The position numbers and the translations under genes were made by a program. Positions 50,160 through 60,049 of a stretch of 64,000 nt of DNA are shown here, piece by piece; position 1 is the stretch's first letter; the number at the start of each line of letters is the position of its first letter. A model generated the notes under the pieces. It was not told the origin of the DNA. It saw only the letters and a list, made by a program, of their open reading frames with translations, and did no database searches. The stretch lies in assembly GCA_039803925.1 (NCBI GenBank), contig JBDRZL010000001.1:172800-236799 (forward strand). Direction: 5' to 3'. This stretch comes from a candidate division WOR-3 bacterium (GTDB taxonomy: Bacteria; Hydrothermota; Hydrothermia; Hydrothermales; JAJRUZ01).

Positions 50160-51423
50160 ATATATACCTTCCCCTTTTTATACCCCATTTTTTTTCCCTT
50201 TTTACATATTCTGAAAGAATCTTCTCTAAATCCTTTATACTATTTACCTCTTTTCCCTCAATATGAATTATATTATCTTTCTCCCTGAGACCAATTCTTG
50301 CTGCATAACTTCCACTTTTTATATTTTTTAAAATAAGAGAACCCCTGTGCTCTTCAATTGTTGCACCAAGCATTTTAATAACACCTTCATATCGTGATAT
50401 AGGTGCAAGATTGATTACCTCTTTATTTTTTCTTCTCTCTACTGTTATAACTACATTTTCATCACTTCTTAAAAGGTCTACTATTTTTTTATAATCAGAA
50501 TAATTTTTTATAACATTTCTTCCAATTTTTACAATTACATCTCCTTTCTCTATCCCTGATTTTTGAGCAGGACTCCCTTCCAGAACAGATATAACTTTTA
50601 TACCTTTTTCATCAGGTTTCACTTCAATACCAAGAAATCCCCTTGGGTAATAAGAATACTTTTTTAAGTAAAAAAGAACATTTTTTAAAATATTTGAAGG
50701 AATAGCAAAACCTATACCTTCAAAACCACCAGATTTTGATACTATAAAAGTATTCATCCCTATTACTTCACCCTTTGAATTGAGTAAAGGACCACCTGAA
50801 TTTCCTGGATTTATTGCAGCATCTGTTTGTATCATTCCTCTGTAAATTCTTTCACCTTCTCCTTTAAAAGTTCTGTTAAGCGCACTTATAACACCCACTG
50901 TAACTGTTGGCTCAACATCTTCCCATAGGTAACCAAAGGGATTACCCATTGCTATTGCCCACTCTCCCCTTTCCAGTTTATCAGAATCAGCAAATAAAAG
51001 ATAGGGTAAATTCTTTTCATTAATTTTTAAAAGAGCAATGTCGAGCGAATAATCAGAACCAATAACTTTTGCAACAAAATTTCTTCCATCAGGTAATGTA
51101 ACAATTATACTATCAGAATTACTGATAACATGTTCATTTGTAAGAATTAAACCATCTTCTGAAATTATAAAACCCGAGCCCTGTGAAGAAATTTTCTCTT
51201 TATACTCTGGAAAATCAAAAAATTCAAAAAAATCTCTGAAAAAAGGGTCATTTATTATTGAGGGTGCAAGAGAAACATACCTTGTTTTAAAGCATGTAAT
51301 TGAAACAACAGAATTTTGAGCCTTTTTAACAGCATTGATTATGGCATTTTCTCTTGATTCACTTATCTCCTTTTGAAATATTAAAAATAAAATTAAAAGA
51401 AAAGAATTTAAAAAAAAACTCAT
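50131..51423 (-). CDS. htrA: Do/HtrA family serine protease with PDZ domains
   Basis: It has a signal peptide. The catalytic triad context is TNEHVI, DIALLKI and GNSGGPLLN. Two PDZ-like regions lie in the C-terminus. Confidence 0.85.
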   Translation of the reverse strand: MSFFLNSFLLILFLIFQKEISESRENAIINAVKKAQNSVVSITCFKTRYVSLAPSIINDPFFRDFFEFFDFPEYKEKISSQGSGFIISEDGLILTNEHVISNSDSIIVTLPDGRNFVAKVIGSDYSLDIALLKINEKNLPYLLFADSDKLERGEWAIAMGNPFGYLWEDVEPTVTVGVISALNRTFKGEGERIYRGMIQTDAAINPGNSGGPLLNSKGEVIGMNTFIVSKSGGFEGIGFAIPSNILKNVLFYLKKYSYYPRGFLGIEVKPDEKGIKVISVLEGSPAQKSGIEKGDVIVKIGRNVIKNYSDYKKIVDLLRSDENVVITVERRKNKEVINLAPISRYEGVIKMLGATIEEHRGSLILKNIKSGSYAARIGLREKDNIIHIEGKEVNSIKDLEKILSEYVKREKKWGIKRGRYIYEIVFKELD

Positions 51424-52115
51424 TTACTTATAAGTGATTCCCAGTCTTCAAGAAATCTTTTAAGCCCTATATCTGTTAAAGGATGTTTTAACATTTTATC
51501 AAGAACTTCTGGGGGAACAGTTACAATATCAGCTCCAGTAAGTGAAGCTTCTATCACATGAATTGGATGCCTTACACTTGCTACAAGGAGTTCAGCATCA
51601 AAATCATAGATTGAAAAAACTTGTGAAAGAACTCTCACAACTTCCATTCCTTCGTTTGAAATATCATCAAGCCTTCCTATGAAAGGTGATATATACCTTG
51701 CACCAGCTTTTACTGAAAGTAAACCCTGTGAAGGTGAAAAAATAAGGGTCATATTAACATTAATTCCCTCTGAAGAAAGCTTTTTTGTTGCCTTTAAACC
51801 TTCTTCTCCAAAAGGTACTTTTACAACAATATGTTTATGAACCTTTGACAATTCCTTTCCTTCTTTAACCATTCCATCAGAATCAGTGGCAATTACTTCT
51901 GCTGAAACAGGTCCATCCACTATTTCACATATTTCTTTTAATATTTCCTTACCCTTTTCAAAAAGCTCTCTTTTATCCTTAGCTTTAAAATCTGGATAAA
52001 GTCTTTTAATTTCCTTTGAAAGAAGACTTGGATTTGTGGTTGCTCCATCAATTATTCCAAGTAATTTAAATTTTTTAAGTTCTTCAAGATTTGAACTATC
52101 AAGAAAAATTTTCAT
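51420..52115 (-). CDS. tal: transaldolase / fructose-6-phosphate aldolase (short form)
   Basis: Motifs IDGATTNPSLL and VVKVPFGEEGLKA (Schiff-base Lys) are present. It is 231 aa. Confidence 0.8.
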   Translation of the reverse strand: MKIFLDSSNLEELKKFKLLGIIDGATTNPSLLSKEIKRLYPDFKAKDKRELFEKGKEILKEICEIVDGPVSAEVIATDSDGMVKEGKELSKVHKHIVVKVPFGEEGLKATKKLSSEGINVNMTLIFSPSQGLLSVKAGARYISPFIGRLDDISNEGMEVVRVLSQVFSIYDFDAELLVASVRHPIHVIEASLTGADIVTVPPEVLDKMLKHPLTDIGLKRFLEDWESLISK

Positions 52116-53427
52116 TTCTTATTTCTCCTTCCTTAAAAGGATTGGAACCTTTTTTAGTAAAAATTTTAATTGAAAAATATATAAAAATTAAAGCAGAAAT
52201 AAAACTTAATATGTTAATTAAAAACAGTAAAAAAATTATTTCATTGTTTGATTTAATTATAACATAAGGAATTGTCAAAATCAAAAGCCACATAAGTAAT
52301 ATATTAAAAACAAAATTTTCTCTCTGAATTGCAAAAAATATCCTTGAAAAAAATCTTGTTAAAAGATGAAGTAAAAGAGAAAGGGAGAGCAATAAAAATT
52401 CTGATGTGTAAAAAGTAAATTTATTTTTTGGGAAAAACAAATAAAGAAAGGTTTTCCCTCCGAATATTACAAGAATTGTAAAAGCTAAAACTGATGTAAA
52501 AATTAAAATAAGTGAATAAAAAATTGTTTTGAAAAATTTTTTTCTTTTACCTTCATAATAAGAACTTGCCACATGGGGATAAACTGGAACAAAATAGGAA
52601 TTGAAAAATAACCTTACTGACTGAAAAATTGAAATTTCGGCGGTTAAATTACCAATTAAAGTATCAGAGATATTCTTAATTTTCATAAGTATTATGGGAT
52701 AATTGTAAAAACCTTGGAAAACTGTATTGGAAAAACTCATTGAAAAAATGCCTTCTTTTAAAAAATTGAAATTTGCTTTAAATCTAAAACCTTTTTTTAA
52801 GTAAATAAAATATAAAACAAAGAAAAGAAAATTTGAAAATTCAGAAATAATGTATGGGATTATGAAAATGGGGATTTTATCAATTCCCTTTAAAAAGAAT
52901 AAAAAACCAAAAATTAAAAATATTAAGCCTCTAATAAAAGTAAGTAAACTGAAAAGGTAAAAAAGTTTTTTTCCGAGAAGAATACCCCTACCTATTAATG
53001 AGATGGTTGAAAAAAAATGAGCTAAAAAGGCACATAGAAAAAGGAAAAAACTGTTATTAAACAATTTTTTTAAAAGCAAATCTTTAAAAACAAAGAAAAA
53101 AATAAAAGAAAAAATAAAGGTCAAAAAAACATAAGTAAAAGTTTCATCAAGTAAATCACTGAGCTTTTTATATTCATTTTTAGCTTTCAATTCAGTTATT
53201 TTTCTTGTTAAATAGTCCCTAAATCCTGAACCAAGAAAAAAGGAAGAAAAGGTATAGAAAGAATAAAAAATACCAAGTACTCCTACTCCTTCAGCGCTCA
53301 CAATTTTGCCTACAAAGGATAAATAAAGAAAATAAAATACAGAATTTGAAAAAAGTCCAAAGGTTGACCATACTGTTCCACCAATTAGTCCTTTTGTGAA
53401 TAAAATTTTTTGTAAGATTTCCTTCAA
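52099..53427 (-). CDS. polysaccharide/oligosaccharide flippase-like membrane protein (MOP superfamily, Wzx/MurJ-like)
   Basis: It is 442 aa with about 12 to 14 TM helices. No catalytic motifs are evident, so this is a topology-based call. Confidence 0.4.
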   Translation of the reverse strand: MKEILQKILFTKGLIGGTVWSTFGLFSNSVFYFLYLSFVGKIVSAEGVGVLGIFYSFYTFSSFFLGSGFRDYLTRKITELKAKNEYKKLSDLLDETFTYVFLTFIFSFIFFFVFKDLLLKKLFNNSFFLFLCAFLAHFFSTISLIGRGILLGKKLFYLFSLLTFIRGLIFLIFGFLFFLKGIDKIPIFIIPYIISEFSNFLFFVLYFIYLKKGFRFKANFNFLKEGIFSMSFSNTVFQGFYNYPIILMKIKNISDTLIGNLTAEISIFQSVRLFFNSYFVPVYPHVASSYYEGKRKKFFKTIFYSLILIFTSVLAFTILVIFGGKTFLYLFFPKNKFTFYTSEFLLLSLSLLLHLLTRFFSRIFFAIQRENFVFNILLMWLLILTIPYVIIKSNNEIIFLLFLINILSFISALIFIYFSIKIFTKKGSNPFKEGEIRNENFS

Positions 53428-54017
53428 TCTTCCTTATAATAACCCATTGATAAACCAAAGGAAAAATTAATACCCTTTAAAGGATTTGAAATTATAAAGT
53501 CTGAAAAATCTGGCCTATCAAGAAAATATCCTGAAGAATAAATTCCTTCCATTCTTAAATATAAGGTAAAAATTCCTGGCATTTCTCTTGTTAAATTTAT
53601 GTTAAACTCAACACCACCCTTTATCACTGGATAAACATAATTTCTATAACTTTTACCTTTAAGTATAAGTTCCTGAAAACTTGTTCCTATTCCGACAATT
53701 GGATAAATACCAAGAATATCTGACTTAAGTAAGTTTGCTCCTCCATCAAGTATTCCTGTCTGAATGTAAAATCTGTTTAACTTATTATCTGAAACAAATT
53801 TATTTTGATGAAAAAGTAAACGCAAAAAAACTTTACCTGGGTTATAAAAACCACCACCAAATCCGTAGCCAAGGGAATAGTTTTTAACCTCCTCAGAATT
53901 CAAAAGTTTAATCTCATTGTTTATACCTTTCAAATCAAGATACTCTGAACCTGATTCAAGGTAAAGGGAAATACAGGAAACTAAAAATAAATTTAAAACA
54001 ATTATTAATTTTTTCAT
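53424..54017 (-). CDS. outer-membrane lipoprotein / small beta-barrel, hypothetical
   Basis: The likely start is M17, MKKLIIVLNLFLVSCIS (lipobox), immediately after the upstream stop. It has Y/G/F-rich beta-strand-like repeats and a C-terminal aromatic. Confidence 0.45.
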   Translation of the reverse strand: MKKLIIVLNLFLVSCISLYLESGSEYLDLKGINNEIKLLNSEEVKNYSLGYGFGGGFYNPGKVFLRLLFHQNKFVSDNKLNRFYIQTGILDGGANLLKSDILGIYPIVGIGTSFQELILKGKSYRNYVYPVIKGGVEFNINLTREMPGIFTLYLRMEGIYSSGYFLDRPDFSDFIISNPLKGINFSFGLSMGYYKED

Positions 54018-54661
54018 TCTATGCCTCCTAAAATTATAAGTGCTCCACCAAGCAAAATTGCCCATATGCCTTCAGGTGGAAAAAAACCAGAGTAACCCAT
54101 CGTTAAATACGGCCCTTGAAGCCATCTTTCAAAGGAAAATTGATAACCCAAGGAAAAATTTAAACAGGGAGAAAATTTACTTTTTTCTCTTTTAAGAATT
54201 TCCTTTGAAAATGTAAACGAAATTTGAAATCCACCCCTTAAATAGGGATAAAAAATAGTTGTAAAATCATTTTTGTAAACCCCATAGGCTTCAGAACTAA
54301 ATATTCCAAGACCTATACCAGCATAGGGATAAATATAAGGTCTCATTCTGTAAAAGGGTAAAACACCAAAATTTATAGAACCCTGTAAATAAGTAAATTT
54401 TGTTTCAACAGCTTTGTATGTATCAGGAGGCGCATATAGCTCTGCCCCACCTTTCCATGTATAACCACCTTGAAAGGAAGCAAAAATTATTGCATTTTGA
54501 TCCCTTGATATAGCATCAAAGGAAAGACCTATCATAGGATCTTCAGGATAGGGGGCCTTTATACTCTTTATATCATCTTTTATAAAAGGTATATCTCCCC
54601 TGTAAAGGGATATAGAACATCCCATTAAGTTTAAAAAAATTAAAAAATTTAATTTTTTCAT
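54014..54661 (-). CDS. outer-membrane small beta-barrel, hypothetical (paralogous to 53424-54017)
   Basis: The start at 54661, MKKLNFLIFLNLMGCSISL, is preceded by a GGAGG SD. Its G/Y-rich alternating pattern is similar to the downstream paralog. Confidence 0.45.
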   Translation of the reverse strand: MKKLNFLIFLNLMGCSISLYRGDIPFIKDDIKSIKAPYPEDPMIGLSFDAISRDQNAIIFASFQGGYTWKGGAELYAPPDTYKAVETKFTYLQGSINFGVLPFYRMRPYIYPYAGIGLGIFSSEAYGVYKNDFTTIFYPYLRGGFQISFTFSKEILKREKSKFSPCLNFSLGYQFSFERWLQGPYLTMGYSGFFPPEGIWAILLGGALIILGGIE

Positions 54662-54751
54662 TTTATCACCTCCCAAATAATTAAATAGCAAATATTATTC
54701 CATTTTAATTTTAAAAAAATTGCACAATTTTAATTCAAATAGTTATAAAAA

Positions 54752-56173
54752 CTATTCTATTTTTATTACAACAATTTTTTCTTCTAAAAAATCCCTTATA
54801 GCATATTTGGGTCCTTCCCTTCCAAGACCTGAACCCTTCATTCCACCATAGGGCATATGATCAACTCTGAAAGATGGAATATCATTTATAATAACTCCTC
54901 CAACTTCAATCTCCTTTGCAAGTTTTAATGCTCTCGTTAAATCATTAGTTAAAATACCGCATTGAAGACCATATTCAGAATTATTTACCCTTAAAACAAG
55001 TTCTTCTTCTGTTTCAAATTCATTACAAACAGCAAGTGGAGCAAAAGCTTCTTTTGCACAAACCTCACTATCTTCAGGAGCATCTACTATAAGTATCGGA
55101 TAAAAAAATGAACCTTCTCTTTTTAATTCTGGTAAAACCTTAGCACCTCTTCGAATTGCCCTTTTAACCCATTCTTCTGCTCTTTTTGCAGCTTCCTCTG
55201 AAATCATAGGTCCTACATCTGTATCTTCTTTTAATTGATCCCCAACTTTCAAATTTTTGATTGCATTCAGAAAGTCATTAATAAATTCATCCTTAATTTT
55301 CTTTTCTACATAAACTCTTTGAATTGATATACAAACCTGACCTGCAAGAGAATATGCACCTTTTATTATTCTTTCGAGGATTTTTCTGTAATCAAAATCT
55401 GAGAAAATACAGAGGGCTGAATTTGAACCGAGTTCAAAGGTCTTCTTTTTTAAACCCGCTATAAGAGATATTCTTTCGCCTACTTCTTTTGAACCAGTAA
55501 AAGTTATATGTCTTATTCTTTCATCCTTACACAAAGTTTCACCTACACTACTTCCACCACCTGTCAAAAAAGCAAAACCTTCTGCTGGAAAACCTGCTTC
55601 AAGAATTATTTCTGTTAGAATTTTCCCTGTTTTAGGGGTATAGCTTGATGGTTTAAAGATTATACTACATCCTGCTGCAATTGCTGGAGCAATTTTATGT
55701 AGAGCAAGGTTAAGAGGAAAATTAAAAGGAGTAATAGCAAGAACAATGGGATCAGGTTCCATTATTGTAAAAGCTATTCTTCCTTTTCCAAATTCAGAGG
55801 CATCCATTGGTATAAATTCTCCATAAATTCTTTTTGCTTCTTCAGCTGAAAAATTAATTGTTTCAAGTGCTCTTTTGGTTTCTATTCTAGCCTCATTAAT
55901 TGTTTTTCCAGATTCTATTGAGATTGTTTTTGCAAGCTCTTCAAACTTTTTTTCAATTAATTCTTTAACTTTCATAAGAATTTTATATCTTTCAAAAGAA
56001 GTAAGTTTTTTAATTTTTTCTCTATTTTTATGGACAAAATCAATTGCCCTTTCTATCTGTATATGAGTGGCTTCAGGAAATTCATATACAATTTCCTTTG
56101 TCCCTTTTTTATAAACAGGAAAATATTTTTCACCTTCCTGCCATTTTCCTTCAAAAAAAATTTTTTCTTTCAT
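54752..56173 (-). CDS. NAD(P)-dependent aldehyde dehydrogenase family protein
   Basis: Motifs FTGSKEVGERI and ELGSNSA are present. The catalytic Cys context is AGQVCISIQRVYV. The likely start at 56173 (MKEKIFFEGKWQ) has an AAGGAGG SD, so the ORF-track start at 56227 is an over-extension. Confidence 0.8.
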   Translation of the reverse strand: MKEKIFFEGKWQEGEKYFPVYKKGTKEIVYEFPEATHIQIERAIDFVHKNREKIKKLTSFERYKILMKVKELIEKKFEELAKTISIESGKTINEARIETKRALETINFSAEEAKRIYGEFIPMDASEFGKGRIAFTIMEPDPIVLAITPFNFPLNLALHKIAPAIAAGCSIIFKPSSYTPKTGKILTEIILEAGFPAEGFAFLTGGGSSVGETLCKDERIRHITFTGSKEVGERISLIAGLKKKTFELGSNSALCIFSDFDYRKILERIIKGAYSLAGQVCISIQRVYVEKKIKDEFINDFLNAIKNLKVGDQLKEDTDVGPMISEEAAKRAEEWVKRAIRRGAKVLPELKREGSFFYPILIVDAPEDSEVCAKEAFAPLAVCNEFETEEELVLRVNNSEYGLQCGILTNDLTRALKLAKEIEVGGVIINDIPSFRVDHMPYGGMKGSGLGREGPKYAIRDFLEEKIVVIKIE

Positions 56174-56219
56174 TTTTGCCTCCTTGATTGAAAAAAAATT
56201 ATAATTAAAGATTAAATAA

Positions 56220-57380
56220 ATGGGCAATCTAAAAATTATAAAAGTTGAAAGTAAAAAGGATTTAGAGATTTTTATAGATACTCAAAAAGAAATCTATAAA
56301 GGACTTCCTCTTGTTGGTTATATTGAACCTTTAAAGATTCTGGAAAAAGAGCATTTAAACAAGAAAGGAAAAAATCCCTTATTTAAAAAAGCAAAAGTTG
56401 AATACTTTGTTGCCCTTAGAAATGATAAACCTGTTGGAAGAATAAGTGCATATAAGGCAAATCATAAAGTTTTTGGTGTTGATGAAAAAATAACCGGTTT
56501 TTTTGGACATTTTGAATCAATTCCTGACCAAGAAGTAGCAGATGCACTTCTTGAAGAGGCTGAAAAATTTTTAAAAAAAGAGGGTTCTAAATTAATTATT
56601 GGACCAGCAAGTTTTGCCTATGATGGAGTATATGGGGTTCAGATCAAAGGTTTCGAATACCTTCCCATGGTAATGACACCATGGAACCCGGAATATTATG
56701 CAGACCTTATAGAGGAAAAAGGTTATAAAAAAATTATTGATTTTTTTGCCTGGTTCATACCTTTGTATATTATACATCCAAGGTTATCAAAAATAGTGAA
56801 TGCTGAGGAAAGGTTATATAAGGAAAATGGTATTAAAATTAGGAGAGCCAATTTAAAAGATTTTAAAAATGAACTTCAGAGAGTGAGAGAAGTTTATAAT
56901 AAAGCATGGGAAAATAACTGGGGAACTGTTCCTCTTGATGAGGAAGATATGGAATATATAGCAGAAGAACTAAAACCTGTTATACTTCCAGATGCAGCAC
57001 TTATAGCAGAAGTAAAAGATGAGCCAGTTGGCGTTGCAATAGGAATTCCAAATTTTCTTGAAGCCATAAGAGATTTTAGAGGAAGTTTAAATCCCATGAA
57101 TGTTTTAAAATTAATATGGAGATTAAACAAAATTCCTTTTTCATCAAAAATTCCAAGATTAAAATCAGGAAGGTTACTTATACTTGGAGTAAAAAAGGAA
57201 TATCAGGAAGGAGCTGGTGTTCTAATGGCAGCAAAAATCCTCTTAAAGGGTTATAAACTGGGTTATAGGTATGGAGAAGGCTCACTTACTCTTGAGAATA
57301 ATTTAGAAATAAATAATTTAATTAAAAGATTGGGTGGATTGCCCTATAAGGTTTTTAGAGTTTTTTATAAAGAAATATGA
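56220..57380 (+). CDS. hypothetical protein (GNAT/FemAB-like fold suspected)
   Basis: It is a 386-aa soluble protein. I recognise no firm motifs. It lies divergent from the ALDH gene. Confidence 0.4.
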   Translation: MGNLKIIKVESKKDLEIFIDTQKEIYKGLPLVGYIEPLKILEKEHLNKKGKNPLFKKAKVEYFVALRNDKPVGRISAYKANHKVFGVDEKITGFFGHFESIPDQEVADALLEEAEKFLKKEGSKLIIGPASFAYDGVYGVQIKGFEYLPMVMTPWNPEYYADLIEEKGYKKIIDFFAWFIPLYIIHPRLSKIVNAEERLYKENGIKIRRANLKDFKNELQRVREVYNKAWENNWGTVPLDEEDMEYIAEELKPVILPDAALIAEVKDEPVGVAIGIPNFLEAIRDFRGSLNPMNVLKLIWRLNKIPFSSKIPRLKSGRLLILGVKKEYQEGAGVLMAAKILLKGYKLGYRYGEGSLTLENNLEINNLIKRLGGLPYKVFRVFYKEI

Positions 57381-57631
57381 TGGAAATTTTTGAATGTAAA
57401 AGTTGTGGTTCTTTAATTGGTATTCAGGGAGAAAAAGAGCCTTTATTCTGTCCCTTATGTAGGGGTAAAATGATAAAAATTGAACTTGATGTTGACTTGA
57501 AAGTAAAAATCAAATGTCCTGAATGCGAAAATATATTCTTTGTAAAGGAAAACTTTTCTCCCTATAAATGTGCTTTTTGCAATTTCACCTTCATTTCTTC
57601 CCCTTTCCGTAAATTTGAAGAAAGACTCTAA
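57377..57631 (+). CDS. small zinc-ribbon protein
   Basis: Its 84 aa carry four CxxC pairs (CKSCG, CPLCRG, CPECEN, CAFCN). Its start overlaps the upstream stop. Confidence 0.45.
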   Translation: MMEIFECKSCGSLIGIQGEKEPLFCPLCRGKMIKIELDVDLKVKIKCPECENIFFVKENFSPYKCAFCNFTFISSPFRKFEERL

Positions 57632-58599
57632 TAAAGAATACTAAATATCTGTATTCTTGAATTCATCTGTTCTACCACATAAACTTTTTTATTTCTTATA
57701 AAAATTCCCGCTGGTAACCTGAATTCACCTGGATTCCACCCTATTCCCTCTATACCAAGATATACGTTTCCGTACTTATCAAAAATTTGAATTCTGTGTA
57801 AGAAGGAATCTGTTACATAAATATACCCTTTTTCATCTACTGCTATACCTTTTGGCCTTACAAAAAAACCTGGTGCATTACCAGATTTACCGAAAACATT
57901 AATAACCTCTCCTTTTGGGTTTAAAATCTGAACTCTAAAATTCCCCCATTCACATACATAAATATTTCCTTCTGAATCAAGATTTATTCCAGTTGGATAA
58001 AGAAATTCTCCTGGTTTATTTCCTTTTCTTCCGATTGTATAAAGAAATTGACCCTCAAAGCTAAAAACCTGAATTGCCATGAGACTGTCATCAAGCACAT
58101 ATATCTTTTTTCTGTAATCGTCGACAGTAAGATTAACCGGTTTATAAAGCCCCTTTTTAATAACTAAATTTCCCTCAAATTCAGGTATTTTTATTCCATA
58201 AACTGCTTTTGCACCTGGATCAGCAACAAAAAGCATATTAAGTGCCTCGGAAAAGGCAACTCCTGTGGGTCTTGTGAATCTAAAACTTCTTGTTCCCTGA
58301 TACCATTTAACTATTTTGTTTTTTTGATCTATAAAAACTATAGCAGCAAAACCAGGGTCAGCCACATAAATTCTTTCTTTACTATCAACAAAAATTCCGA
58401 AAGGATATTTTAAAAGTCTTGTTTTTTTTATTCCGAGAATTTTATCTACTGTTCTTTTTATTATATTTCCCTCTCCTACAATATCCTCTTTAGTAAATAA
58501 GATTCCCTCATATTTTATTTTTGCTTCTTCAGGAGGGGGTGGCCATACAAACTCTTTTTTTTCCTGAGAAATTAAAATTAAAAATACTAAAAAATTCAT
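57628..58599 (-). CDS. NHL-repeat beta-propeller protein, secreted
   Basis: It has a signal peptide. About six NHL-like repeats are present (YVADPG, LFVADPG, IYVLDD, IYVCEWGNFRVQIL, IYVTDSFLHRIQIF, VYVVEQMNSRIQIF). It is the last gene of the multiheme cytochrome cluster. Confidence 0.75.
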   Translation of the reverse strand: MNFLVFLILISQEKKEFVWPPPPEEAKIKYEGILFTKEDIVGEGNIIKRTVDKILGIKKTRLLKYPFGIFVDSKERIYVADPGFAAIVFIDQKNKIVKWYQGTRSFRFTRPTGVAFSEALNMLFVADPGAKAVYGIKIPEFEGNLVIKKGLYKPVNLTVDDYRKKIYVLDDSLMAIQVFSFEGQFLYTIGRKGNKPGEFLYPTGINLDSEGNIYVCEWGNFRVQILNPKGEVINVFGKSGNAPGFFVRPKGIAVDEKGYIYVTDSFLHRIQIFDKYGNVYLGIEGIGWNPGEFRLPAGIFIRNKKVYVVEQMNSRIQIFSILY

Positions 58600-59222
58600 C
58601 TTTTAACCTCCGGTTTATGGGGATTATGGCATTTAATACAATCATCACCTTCAAAATGAAAATCAATTTTATGACAGTTATTACATAAATCCAAATTTTT
58701 TAAAAGCTTAGATTTACCTCTATGAAGTTTATGACAATCTATACAGGCTAAACTCAAATGTTTCCCTGAAAAAAGTTCAATCTCTAAATGACATTTTTCA
58801 CAAAAAATAGGATCAATACTTCTTAAAAGGTATTTATAATTCCTTTCATGAGGATCATGGCAGGTTGTGCACTTAATTTCTCTCTCTTTTTCATCAATAG
58901 CATATTTTCTAATGGGGTGATTGTCTTCTTTATAGTTAATTCCTAAAAAAATAGAAGAAGTATCAGGAATTTCATAAAATTTTGCTATATTGCTATATAA
59001 AGTTATAAGATAATTTTTATCAGTATGACAGTTCATACAGGTAAGGGAAACATAGTCAAAATCTTTAAAGTTTTCTTTTAATTCATCATCTGGTATTATT
59101 TTAATAAGAAAAGGACCTTTTGAGTTATGGGATGAATGACAAAATTTACATATCCTCTCTCCTTCTCTATTTCTAAAATCATGAGGAAAATTGACTAAAA
59201 TTAAAAAGAAAAAGAGTTTCAT
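58596..59222 (-). CDS. multiheme c-type cytochrome (7 CxxCH)
   Basis: The heme motifs are CKFCH, CMNCH, CTTCH, CEKCH, CIDCH, CNNCH and CIKCH. It has an N-terminal signal peptide. Confidence 0.85.
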   Translation of the reverse strand: MKLFFFLILVNFPHDFRNREGERICKFCHSSHNSKGPFLIKIIPDDELKENFKDFDYVSLTCMNCHTDKNYLITLYSNIAKFYEIPDTSSIFLGINYKEDNHPIRKYAIDEKEREIKCTTCHDPHERNYKYLLRSIDPIFCEKCHLEIELFSGKHLSLACIDCHKLHRGKSKLLKNLDLCNNCHKIDFHFEGDDCIKCHNPHKPEVKR

Positions 59223-60049
59223 TTCTTATGGCATACAGAACATACAGGTTTATTTGGCCATTTTAAATGAAATCCAAATTTTGTGCCATGAGAGTTGTGA
59301 CAGCTATTACAAAAGATACCTTTTTTATCACCAGGGTGATTTGCAACAGGATGATGGATACCGTATAGTTCCTTTTCATGACAAATTATGCAGAGAGAAT
59401 TGATTTTAGTTTTTAAAAATTTATCCTCCATAGAAGAATGCGGATCATGACATATAACACAATCACCTCTTGCATAGGGACTGTGAAGATAAAAACCTTC
59501 TTCAATTTCATGGCATTCTTTACAAACTTTTTCTGAATTTGGTCTATCAAAAATACTTTTATGACAGTTATCGCAAGCTAATTCCTCAAAGGGTGGATGA
59601 AATCTTAGACCTTTATCAAATTTTTCCTTATGACAGGTAAAACAGTCAAGTTCTTCACTTTTTGAAACTTTTTTATATGTTATTGAATGGCAATTTTTAC
59701 AAAATTTTTCCACTTCTGATTTATGAAAATTATATAATTTTGCATCAACTTTGAAGTTTTCAGAAGGAAGTGAATAAATAATAAGAGTCTGTGATTCAGT
59801 TTTATTATTTTTTTCATAATAAAGAGTTATTTCATTTTTACCATTTTTAAGTTCTACTATAAAATGTTTTATATTTTCAGCTCTAAAAGTATCGTAAATA
59901 ATTTCTGGTTTTAAAAGCCATGCTTTATCAGCTTCAAGGATTATTCTTATAAATCTATCCTTAACAAAGATAGCTGATGGGGGTGTTAAAACTGCAAAAA
60001 AAAGTAAATAAATCAATATTCCGCCTTTCCGTGACATGCAGGTCCGCAT
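59219..60049 (-). CDS. multiheme c-type cytochrome (8 CxxCH) with an N-terminal heme-free domain
   Basis: The heme motifs are CKNCH, CFTCH, CDNCH, CKECH, CVICH, CIICH, CNSCH and CSVCH. The start is probably M5 (MSRKGG, at 60037) rather than 60049. Confidence 0.85.
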   Translation of the reverse strand: MRTCMSRKGGILIYLLFFAVLTPPSAIFVKDRFIRIILEADKAWLLKPEIIYDTFRAENIKHFIVELKNGKNEITLYYEKNNKTESQTLIIYSLPSENFKVDAKLYNFHKSEVEKFCKNCHSITYKKVSKSEELDCFTCHKEKFDKGLRFHPPFEELACDNCHKSIFDRPNSEKVCKECHEIEEGFYLHSPYARGDCVICHDPHSSMEDKFLKTKINSLCIICHEKELYGIHHPVANHPGDKKGIFCNSCHNSHGTKFGFHLKWPNKPVCSVCHKK